A DNA stretch of 64,000 nucleotides from positions 24,056,001 to 24,120,000 of the forward strand of contig CM060731.1 of the NCBI GenBank assembly GCA_030704615.1, written 5' to 3'. The translations under genes and the position numbers were made by a program. The DNA is from Takakia lepidozioides. Lineage: Eukaryota; Plantae; Bryophyta. Under the pieces are notes generated by a model. The model did not search any database. It was not told the origin of the DNA and was given only the letters and a program-made list of their open reading frames with translations. Positions 13,900-24,775 of this stretch are shown in pieces. Positions within the stretch are counted from its first letter, which is position 1. Each line of letters opens with the position of its first letter.

Positions 13900-13976
13900 G
13901 GGGGGTGCTATTCCGTGAGCCTGGAGCCGTGAGCCTGTGAGCCCAGGAAACCGTGAGCCCAGCACAGGCTCACGCC
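13900..13976 (+). repeat. Left degenerate TIR with repeated CGTGAGC motifs
   Basis: ggggggtgctattccgtgagcctggagccgtgagcctgtgagcccaggaaaccgtgagccc. Confidence 0.75.
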
Positions 13977-14987
13977 ACGTCAGCATACATACAGGCCTAT
14001 TTTCGCGGGTGTCACCTATTTCCGCGGGTTGATCAGCCATTTCCCGGGAATGCAGAGTGGATATGTTACATCCATTGTATCCATTGCATCCATGCAGACG
14101 TTATCAACATACCAAGCCCTCACAAGTTTATGTGGGTACGTCGTGAGGAGGTGCACACTGACATGATCTAAAGCGGATCCCTGCGAAATCTTTTCTTATT
14201 CACCACCCTTGCGAACATGCCAGGTATGTGCGGGAGCATCATGGATGCTCATTAGATTTGAGAATGTCTCACAGCTCTTTGATGAGGTGGACTTCACCGT
14301 GATGGATTCACCAACCATTCTTCTAGCAGGAATGGTTTGGAGACCAACGACCAAATGATGCGAGAATGTTGTACACGAACCAAAGTCGTTTGTTTGTTTT
14401 TGCAATGCACTCAAGTCTGTGAGGTCCAGAAAACACTAAATAGATTGAAGGAACAATCCGGGCAGTCCATGCAACCCCCATCTCCAACAATAGTTTGTTC
14501 CCATTAATGTGCATTCCACGCACACATTGCAAATAGGACAACAAGGACACACAACCATCCCATTTCAAATTTGGCCCCGAATAAAACCAAAAGAAAACTT
14601 CATATCAAGTGTCACAGTCATCAGAATCAGTCTCGACCTCCTGTGCTATGTCATCCACAAAGATTCTGGCCCCAACACCACGTCTTTTACCACGGCCGTC
14701 GATGGGTGGACTCCGAGTGCCACGAACGGTCATGCTTGTTGCGAGTGCCTCCGCATAGACAGGTAGCACGCAAGACCGAGGAGGACTGGAAAGAAGTCCA
14801 AATAGGTGTGATAGCCCTGGAGGGCAAGTGGAAGCACGCGGACTCCTGCACATGTCGACAAAAACCCATTCAGAACACAATATGCAATACACAAGTCCAA
14901 CGAAGAGGATATCTGCCATGTGAACTTTGCCTCAAGAACAGTGATTCTCGATATTGAAACAACAATGCAAGCATCCACAGGTTGAAC

Positions 14988-17900
14988 TTACTCACAGGCA
15001 AAGTCGGAGTCCAGCTCCTTGTCGGAAGTCTCCTCTGTATCAATAGCGGGACGGGGCTTCGGAAGGATTTGAGAAGTGTGTCCACCCAAACCCATCAGGA
15101 GGTTCTTGTAATTCTCAGCATCCCCTTCAATCCCAAAGAGATGTCGCGCACTGGCCTTGCAAGCGTGGTACGAAGCACCTGCAGTGGAATAGAATGAAGG
15201 AAGCAGACATTGAAGACACATTTGGAACGGTGGGAAGTACTGAAAGTGCAAGCTCAATCAAACCTCGTGAAATCTGAATGTTGAAGAGACGAACCTATGC
15301 CCATTGACAAATCCAGAACTCCGGCGTCTGTGTAGGTGCAGCACTCCACAATCGTTTGAATGAAAGCCGGGCTCCTCTCCCTCGCCCCTCTCCAAGGAAC
15401 CCCATTCCCCCTTCGCAAGCAGACGTTGTTGTCGACGTAGTTGTGGTGCATGTCATCCGTGGGATGATCTGTCCTATCGTCTATGAACTTGCCCCCATGA
15501 GTGATGGCGAACTCCGAAATGCCGGCCGGAGTCGTTGGTGGATGCACTCGGACGAGACAAACAGCTTCAAACAAACGAGTCTACAAACAACACATCCACA
15601 AGGAACTAAGAAGCTTCAAAAATCAGGCCCCTACATATGAGTTCGAGCGACCTACACAACTCCATCCGAGAACCACCAAGAAGAGGAAGAAGAAGGCAAA
15701 TTTACCATCTCTCCCGGACGATCCCCCTTCGTAAGGTACATGATGTTCACACAATTCCATGTCTTCAGGACTCTCATGCCCGAGGCTTTCAAATAGCTGG
15801 CAAATGCACGGTGACAGCGAACGTCGGCGGCAAAACACCTGCATCGGACAGGAAAAAATTGCAAAAGGAGAAAACCCACCACCAGTAGCGCTCATCAAAA
15901 GCATTACAACCCGGACAAGCACCCGATAGTGGGACATCTGGGACTGCCAACCCATCAGGGATGTCCAAGATTATGAGTTCGGCTGCATATTGCTTCTCCT
16001 TCCCGTTCACCCAGGATTTGGTCATTTTAGCCTGCAAACAAAATTACAATGGAATACTCAAGAGGATTGAAACGATCCATGCCCACAACTGAGAAGAAGC
16101 AAAAGAGAACACGCACCGTTCCGAGGAACTCCACAATCCTCTCCCACACTGGTGATGGCTCACCCTTGTAATCAGATTTCTTGGACTCCATCATGGCAAG
16201 GAATCCGACGTTGGCCATCTCCAACCTGGTAGGGCGAATGACCCTCGTCGGATGTTCCACTGCATGGCACGGGTCCTTGGGATCAACCACCCCCTTGTTC
16301 TTTCTCACGGATCCCCTACCATGCGGTGGAGTCTGCTGGACATGCACCACTGGGCCAATATCTGCAACACTTCCCTGCCCTTGTGCCACCTTCCTTCTAC
16401 CCCTTCCTTTCCCCACAACACCAGCAACATCTTTTCCCTTTGCCTTTCTACCTCTACCCGGGGTATCCTGAGCGGGAGGCTCCTTCTCTGCAAGAGTCCT
16501 CAAATTTCGTTCATGAATGTCGAGGTCGGCTGCTGCGGCAGTGGCTGCAATTCGCTCATTCTCTCTCCTCAAAGACACCTCCGGAGCTGGGGTCTCAGAA
16601 GGAGGGCAATCCAAATACCAACTACAAGAAGAAAGATGGTCTGGGCCCCAGTCATGCAAGATCCCAGTAGTAAACATGGTCTGGTTGCCAGCAGGGACAA
16701 GCCAGAGGTCCACGAAATCTGGATGTAGCAATTCTCTTCCATGAGAACAAACTTTATGTACCTGCAGGAACAGAGACAGCCTCATTATGCAATGCAATTA
16801 TTGTCTCTCAGCTTTTCCATCACACCAGGAAGACCCCCTTAAACTGTATGCGTCACAGTACATTGCAACCACAGCACACTAAGTAGCCTGAACGGCCCAG
16901 GGTGTGCACCTGTAAAGGCATCGTTTCCAGGCTTCCTCTCCTTTTTCTTGCTGGTCAAGGTCATGTGTTCGACTGATGCCACCCTCCTTGCTGAACTCTC
17001 TAAAGAAACAAGAGTGCCACACTGTGGCTCTCCATTTCATCATGTATGCTTCGAAGGAGACCTTCGGTGCTGTCATAGTGATGCCATAGTCTGGGTCTTC
17101 TTCTCTTTCTCCGGCCTGGGGAACATGTGGGTATCCCTAACTGTGGGATCGGAGTTCCATATCTGTAGCCACTTCACCTTCTGTTCGGAACACAACGGCA
17201 GTAGACAACCTGTGTAACTTCTCCTGGGCCATCTCTGGCTTGCCTGGCTTGTTATAATGGTTTTTTATCTCCAGGAGAAACTGCGATCCGAATGATGGGT
17301 CGGCAATTCTCAACTGCTTCACAAAAGCACTCATTATAGTCCTTCTTGTAGCGGTCATCTCTTTCTGGATGTGACTCTCAACCCCCTTTGCTGTCCTTCT
17401 CTCCTCAGGGGTTGACCTGTAGTATTCCAGTTTGTCACGCTCCCCTGCATCTGCAATGTCTTGCTGCAAGGGAATGCACGAGAGTTGCATCAACCCAAGG
17501 GCAAGGGAAACAAACAGAAACAAACATGTGAAAGCAGGAATATGGAAAGGGCAGATGAAGGAAGATGTATCTCACCGTGTACATGTACTCCATGAAAGCC
17601 TCACGTGTCAACGAGTACCACGTTTCCGATGTCTTGGAGCTTTCGCACTTCTTGTACGTCTCTGCTGAAATGATGGTCTTGAAGTTGGTCAAGGGCATCT
17701 GCCCGATCCTTTGTATCCTATACAGTGTGTGAACCAAACTCGTTTTGACATGCGATGTCTCCGTTCCTCTGCAGAATGATATCTGAAAGTCAGAATGAAA
17801 TTCAAGGACTTTAATCAAAGAACCACGGAACTACAAGTGGAACATGTAGAATGAGAAACCAACCTGTTCACATCATTCATTGTCGTCAGAAGACCCATCA

Positions 17901-19869
17901 TGTTCCCCTCACAATCCAGCACCATCGATCGAACAGAGTAATGTCACTCTTCGTCCTGTGAGTGCAGCCTCCCAATGACAGCCATCCATGCAAGCAACCG
18001 GTGGTTCCCATCCCAAACGTGAAACATCTTCCCCGAGAATGCCTGGGTGGAAGGTTTCCTGGAGAGAAGAAGTTCGAAGGATTCGTTCACCTGTCTCCAA
18101 ATAGGATCCCAGGAGTCCACGATTGACTCATCCACAAGGAGCTCATTGCCTCTGGAATCCTTTGTACAAACGTAAAACACTGCGGATCCATCCAAATACC
18201 CATGAACAAACTCGGCCTCTAGCTTGAGAATGTCCTTGATGAGGGGTGGTTGAACGACGGGCATGGAAACCATCCTACACAGGGGAATCTTCAACATCCC
18301 ACCCGGGGCAAACATACTTTGCACCACAAGCTGAGAGTTTACCTTCTGACCCCCCAGCATCTCAGCGGCTTTGCTTTCATAGAACTCATCGTCAACATCA
18401 ACAATGATCTCCTTCCCCAGCCCCGAAGGGATCTCCTCCGCCACACTTTGCATCTTCTCCTGCAGGGTTGTCCATTCAAATTGATATAAGAGTGAGGCAT
18501 GAGACGATGGTGTTTGAGCATGGCAGACAGGCCATGTGTGGAAGAAAAGGTGAGCTCAAACAGTGTGCGTTGACGCACACTGTTTGAGCTGCAAGGTAAG
18601 TGTTCATTGAACCTCAATGAGAAGCCCTTAGTGACCCATTTTCAGATGAAAAAAAATTAAAAAAAATGAGCTTAAACAGTGTGCGTTGACGCACACTGTT
18701 TGAGCTGCAAGGTAAGTGTTCATTGAACCTCAGTGACATGCCAGGTAAGTGTTCATTGAACCTCAAAGAGAAGCCCTTAGTGGCCGATTTTCAGATGACA
18801 AAGGCAATGACAAGGTGAGCTCAAACAGTGTGCGTTGACGCACACTGTTTGAGCTGCCAGGTAAGTGTGCATTGAACCTCAGAGACATGCCCTGTATTGC
18901 CGAATTTCACAGGGAAAAAACAGTCACAAGGTGGGCTCAAACAGTGTGCGCCAACGCACACTGTTTGAGCTGCCAAGTAAGTGATGATTGATCCTCAAAT
19001 TCATACCCTATGTGGCCGATTTTCAGATGACAAAGGCAATTACAAGGTGAGCTCAAACAGTGTACGTTGACGCACACTGTTTGAGCTGCCATGTAAGTGA
19101 TGATTGATCCTCAAATACATGCCGTTTGTGGCCGTTTTTCAGATGAAAAATCAATGAGAAGGTGGGCTCAAACAGTGTGCGCCAACGCACACTGTTTGAG
19201 CTGCCAAAAATGTGGAGGATTGAACCAGGTATAGTGGCCCTATCTGGCCGTTTTGCACACCATCAACCAAGTAAAATGCGGGGCTCAAACAGTGTGCGTC
19301 AACGCACACTGTTTCAGCTTCCAATTTGTGGTGGATTGAACCTGCCCTAGTTCCCCAATTTGGCCGTTTCGCACATCAACAAGCCAGCAAAATGGAAGGC
19401 TCAAACAGTGTGCGTCAACACACACTGTTTGAGCTTCTTGTTTGCGGATGATGCAACCTGGCAGAGATGTCGTGTGTAGACTATGTTCATATCGAAATAG
19501 AATCTCAACTAGGGTTCACATCAGCAATGAAGCACAAAGGTGGGTTTCAAAGATTGTACCTTTTTTTTTGCTGCTCCAGAAGACTCCCCAATCGTCGGGG
19601 ACCCTTTGCGCTTCGGACTGCTCTCCACGCCTCGCATGTTCTGGAGCATCTCCCCCATCCTCTCTTCCACTATTAGGTTCTTCGTGAGGCCAGCGTCAAC
19701 ATCATCTTCGGCGTCTGCCTCTCCCTCGGATGCAAGTGTCCTCCTCATCTGTTCTTGGAACTATGACATGCTGCTGTTCTTCTCCGGATTCCTGCTCTTC
19801 CATCGCTGAACTTTCCTCTTTGCCCTCTTCTTCCGCCTTTTCCTCTTCGGCCACTCTTTCCATCCTCAT
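14988..19869 (-). pseudogene. Spliced transposon gene: acidic N-terminus, ParB/Srx-like domain, C-terminal beta-class N4-cytosine/N6-adenine DNA methyltransferase fold (degenerate copy)
   Basis: FHVWDGNHRLLAW (DGNHR at 17998-18012). AAELIILDIPDG...YWWWVFSFCNFFLSDAGVL (motif IV-VI region, DIPD at 15954-15965). Splicing intron 15294-15179 gives RERSPAFIQTIVECCTYTDAGVLDLSMGIGASYHACKASARHLFGIEGDAENY, matching the N6_N4_Mtase pattern KPxxL..LI...T..GDxVLDPFxGSGTT..AA...GR.FIGIE.D..Y. Stop at 17944-17946 plus frameshifts; start codon uncertain. Confidence 0.8.
18553..19435. repeat. Array of eight 38-bp palindromes (AGCTCAAACAGTGTGCGT-nn-ACGCACACTGTTTGAGCT) with ~116-bp period
   Basis: Copies start at 18553, 18669, 18818, 18934, 19050, 19165, 19282 and 19398. 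The spacers are related to each other but more divergent than the palindromes. Confidence 0.97.
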
Positions 19870-20832
19870 TCTATATCTGGCTCTATTCCTGTTTCTAGAG
19901 CTCGTGAAGTATAATGACTTCCTTCTCTTCCTCCTCCGCTGGAAACAAGGGCTCCCCACGATGCCTCTAGAGCTCTCCAGTTTGACGTTTGCAACAAGGG
20001 TTGCTATTGCATGTAACCAAAATCAAAATTGGACATTGTCAACCGTATTTGATGCGGGTGTTGTTATTGTGTGCGAACGGAATTCATCCATTTCGGCGTC
20101 TTTGTATTATTCAAGAAATAAAGTGCTAGAAAATATGTACATCCGTTGCATGTACTTGTGATATATGTCAGATGTACTTCGACGCCTGCCAATATATGGC
20201 GGCCTTCTTGCATTGTTTCAAATTCGGAAGTGTCGTAGAAATCTAATGCTAGTTCAATTTGGAGCAGTTCTTGCAGATTCGCCATAAATGTTGTGCTTCA
20301 CATATGCATCCACGTGTGTCGTACTGCCTGCCCTGTGCTTTGCATTTTGCCGTCATCGTCGCCATGGGGTCATTCGGTATAAAGGGTTGTGTCGGAAATG
20401 ATCTTGTGTTGCACACATCCGTGCGAGGTGACTCTTGGAGTGTCAGTGTTTGTGTTGTGCTCTTCTGGCACGGCACAACCTCATTACATTCGGGGTCTTC
20501 CTGTTTACTGCTCTCCAGGGTTGTTGCCGTCTTTCCATAAAGGATGGTTTCATGTCATGTTCAGGGTTTGTTTTTCATCCAAAAACAGCACGGCTTCTTG
20601 TGGCTTCCTGTATTTGAAAACAGTTTTTCTAGTTGGTGTCTCTCAGCGTGGTTGTCTGCGAAGTTCAGTGCATGTCATTCCTACATCATTTTGATGCATC
20701 GCCCGCAACCTTTGGGTTAGTGTTACCCTTGTTGACCTTAATTTTTTTGTGGTGGATCCCCTTTCGAGAATTGCGGGCTATCAGTTCGGGGATTCCGTTG
20801 TGAATCGAAAGTTTCGGTCAGCGTAGGAAAAC

Positions 20833-23800
20833 ATGTCCAGGGAGCGAGATAGACTAGCCCGATTTCATTCGAATGCAGGTAGTCTTCCACTGACTGCCAC
20901 TGCAGATGACGATGGGTTTGCAGTTGTTCATGAGGATGAGCTAGTTACAGTGTTCCCACTGGAATTGGGTTCTCTGCTTGTTCAAAAAGAGGTGTATGAC
21001 GAGGATGGGAATTTGGATTCTGGACATTTGGAGAAACCATTGGTTGACGAGTGTGGAAGGAAGTGGAGAGTCCTTCCAGGCACATACCGTGTCCTTGGAA
21101 AAGAGAGAAGACAATCGGCAGGATCAGTCATTACCCCTGGAACTGCAGCATTGGTCGTGCAGCAAAAGGGCACAGTTCATGTGAAACAAGAGGTGAGCAC
21201 ATCCACTACATTCGTGACTCTTTCAGACTCGTCCTCGGAGGATGTTTCTGAGATTCCTCCGCTAGTGCAGACTCCATTCTTGGATGAATCCGAATTGCAA
21301 GAGATAACGAGTGTCATTCCAAAATTGAAAGCCCTCGCAGGGGTGCCTGGGTGCAAGAGCGAGCTGCGTTTTGTTGATTGGGAGTCCTTCGTGTGCAGCG
21401 GGTTCAATACGTGCCAGCAGAGTTTGATGGAGATATCTTGTTTGAGCTCAACCCTCCCACGTCTTCCAATGGACTGGCTGGGCTTCTGCAGGGCATGGAC
21501 AAGAAACATGACGGACACCCTTGGTGCAGGACAAAATCGTCAAACATCCACAACGACATTGGATTGAAATTTCGAAGGTCGGTTTGCGTTGGGCATTGCA
21601 AGTGCCTGAATATATCTTGCCCTCGCCTGAGAAACAGCGCTCAACCAAACGAAAGTGAGTGGGAAGGTGTGCCCCTGAATCCTTTCACCCCAGGACTTGC
21701 CCCTCCCAAGACCAATACTTTTGTGTGCAGGTTTTGCAAACTTTCCCCGTCCTGTGTTTCTGTGTGCCACGCTCGTATGTACCAGGTGGCACACCGATGC
21801 AAGACAATGACTCGTGCCTACATTCATATGGGTGCACACGAGCATCTTGTGTCCAAAAGAAGTTGCAGGGATAGCGTGGACATCGCTAGAAATCTGCTGA
21901 AGCAGGAGTTCCACAATGCCTCTTGTGCAACACCTTCTGCTATAGCGCTTGCAGCTAGCAAGGCTTTCCTGGAAAAACACATACTGGGTGAAGGGGATTC
22001 GACACAACCAATGCTGGATGCAGATTCGCTTGATGCAGTGATGGACCATTTCTCCGTGTTGAGCTCTCCCAATATTCGAAACCAGGTGAATGCACTCAGA
22101 GTCGGCACAGGCACTGCTGGATTCATGGACAACATTATGGACCTCAAACGGAGAAGTCGCTATGAATTCATTCAAAACAGTATCTTCCCTGGCCAGGGCT
22201 CGTCCAAGGTATATTTGTTCAAGATGTCCGCAGTGGGCGAAGGCGGTGGTGTGAGCATTGTCCGCCGAATGCAACCTGGAGGAGATTTGGCTAAATGTTG
22301 GTTGATGTTTGATCACTGCAAACGGGTGAAGGGTTAGACAACCATGGCGTGCCATGTGTATGATCCAGCGTACCAGCGTGTGCTCTCAATAGCAATTTGT
22401 GATATGCAGTCGGAGGACACTGAATCCCAGATGCTCATGTGGAATTCGCTCCTGGCCGTCATGCAGCGCAATGGAGTACAGAACACAAATTTTGTGGGCT
22501 TCATGGCTGATAGTGCACAGGCAAATTTCAATGCAGTGCGGCACGTGTTTGGTTCGGGGGATCCTAAGGTCCCAATGGAAAATAGGGAGCGCACATGCCT
22601 CTTCCATTGGAGTCAATCTCTGGCACGTCATACAAAGCGCTGCATTCGTCCTGACCTTCAGTTGGAGCACAGAAGACTCTGTCTCAAGTACAAAAATGTC
22701 AACTCAATGGGAGAAGCTGAGAGCACTTACCAAGCAATCCGGGCTTGGTGGTTCTCCTCTGGTGCTGCTATTGGTATCCACCTGAAGGAGTTGGAGGACT
22801 GGTTGGTTTTCTGGCACTTCAGATACAGACAGTGGGGAGCTTTCATGACGACGGTAAGCCTCTTGAATCCCAAAATCACAAATTTTGCATCGTGCCTCTT
22901 CATTTGGGGTTCTTGGATTGTCGCTTGTAGAACCTCTTCCATTTCCTTTCCTTCCTCACATTTCCATGCAATGCCTCCTGCAGGACATGTCCTTGGAGGA
23001 CTTGGCCGACATGTCATCCTGTAATTTGGCGGAGACTGTTCATAACGCCTGGATGCAATCTACCAAAGCAGGTCGTGACTTGTATGTGGCCACTGCTGAT
23101 GACATGGTGCGGGCACTTACACAACAAACCAGGTACCGCAATTTTCTGATGGGACGGGGTGGAGGCAAGGGCCCCGGTACGACTTTGTTGATGCTAAGGG
23201 CTGCGAGTAGGTCCGGAGACCCATCGAAGATGGCCAGAGCTCTGAACAGGTGCACTGAAGGCTCCCCTTTGCAATCCAGGCTCCCTCATTTGGAAGGCGA
23301 AGAAAGATTTGGATCATGCAAAAGGAAATTGAACACTCTTCCAGGGTCAGATGGAGATTCCCATCGCCCAGACAGGGTCAATTTCTCTGTGCCAAAGGTG
23401 TCTCCAGTGCAAACTAAGTCGTGTGCCAGCCCCTTCCCAGGTGGGTCCTCCTCCTGTGGAGCAGGTGCAGAATATGCAAGCATAGAAGCAGGAATCCCAT
23501 TGGAGGAGGTGGTGGCCATGGTGCAGGAATCTGATTGCATTGATAGTGAGTGGCATATAGAACGCACCCCACCAGGATCTAGAGTTGCTTGCATGGCAAT
23601 TCGGACCCCCTCTTTCAAGAAATGCAAATCAAAAATATGCAAAGGCTCCAGGGGGACTCCGGCTCCAACATTCACAGGGTTGTTCCGACCTTATCATAGT
23701 GGGGAATCAAAGGACCACAAGTTCTGGTTCTGCCCAGATGATATGGCATGATGCATCAAGGGAACAGTTTGTCCTTCGGTGATAATGAAACCCCCTCCCC

Positions 23801-24392
23801 CCGCAATTTGGCCTGTGAAACTTGGGACGTCGCTGTCAACAACCGAGATAAGCATGCTGGAGGAGGGAGGGTTTTGTCTTGCACGATCCCGAGTGGTGCC
23901 CTTGTGCACTGTCGGCACAGATGTGCCACATGCTCCAGCAATGCCTCTACCCGGTGCCGACTCCCACCCAACAAAAAGAGATGGAAAAACAGTGCGCCGT
24001 GTCGCTTCGGGTGCAGATCACGAATGCAAGATGGAATTGGCTAGATTTTGCAGGCTCGGGTGGCTCGTATCACCGAAGTCCCTGCCCCGGGGTATGGACG
24101 GATGTACACAGTGCTGTCTATTGGCTCAGTTCTTCATGGCAAAGAATATCAGGTTACCGTGGGGAATTTCCCTACTTGCACTTGTCCGGATTTTGTAACG
24201 ATGCGTGAGGGCGCTCTCGGCATGAGAGGGAAGTGGGTCCCCTGCAAGCATCAATATTATATATACCTTGTAATTATGTGTTGCGACGGTAAGAGAGACC
24301 AATTCATTCACCAAGCCACACTAGGCTACGGAGAAGTCATCACCCTTCTGCAGCGGGACACCTCACGTAGGGCTCCGCCAAATGCTCTTTGA
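20833..24392 (+). pseudogene. MULE transposase with GCM/WRKY-like zinc DNA-binding domain, DDE core and C-terminal SWIM finger (degenerate)
   Basis: CVGHCKCLNISC...CRFC...CHAR...IHMGAHEH (GCM-like); WLMFD, FMADSAQA, CLFH, NLAETVH (D-D-CxxH-E); CTCPDF...CKH (SWIM). Intron 22854-22983; stops at 22335-22337 and 23749-23751; frameshifts at ~21385 and ~24045. Confidence 0.88.
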
Positions 24393-24699
24393 GCACATAC
24401 GAGCCATGCCCGCTTCCCACGCTGGTTTCCAGGTTACCGTGTGAAGACTTTGCATTTAGGACAAACACATACATTTCGTTCACGGAACCAGGGCAAATGC
24501 ACATGCCATTCATTGTAAGCGTCTATCTGTGACTTGAAATAAAGTGTGTCAATCATTCTGAGCTCAATTCTGCCATATTTTTATATTCCTCTTTTTGTGC
24601 AGACATTGCAGATATGGTGCATGGTGGCCCCCTTTGTTTTGTCCACGGTAATAGGCCCTCTTCTTGCAATCCTCGCCTATAGGACCTGCTTCTCCAGCA

Positions 24700-24775
24700 G
24701 ATTTGTGCCGCTCACGCTTTGCAGCTACAATGTGAGCTCAGCTCACGGGGCTGGGCTCACGCCGTAGCTACGCTG
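24700..24775 (-). repeat. Right degenerate TIR with repeated CGTGAGC motifs (as GCTCACG)
   Basis: Reverse complement cagcgtagctacggcgtgagcccagccccgtgagc aligns base-for-base in register with the left end. Confidence 0.75.

Larger units (their letters stand above)
13900..24775. mobile_element. Mutator-like (MULE) DNA transposon, ~10.9 kb, with a transposase and a ParB-methyltransferase passenger gene
   Basis: Flanked by a 9-bp TSD, ctccagggc (13891-13899) / ctctagggc (24776-24784). PPR sequence is continuous across the insertion. Ends align in register (GCTA-n3-CGTGAGCC-n5-CCGTGAGC). Internal MULE transposase. Confidence 0.88.

Noticed and set aside
14196-14980. Third gene within the MULE
   Set aside because: Only short ORFs without motifs; probably 3' noncoding sequence
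18553-19435. CRISPR array interpretation of the palindrome array
   Set aside because: The spacers are homologous to each other and ~78 bp long, no cas genes are visible, and the context is a eukaryotic intron
14988-19869. Bacterial or phage contamination as the source of the ParB-MTase
   Set aside because: It has GT-AG introns and lies within a TSD-flanked element embedded in plant PPR sequence
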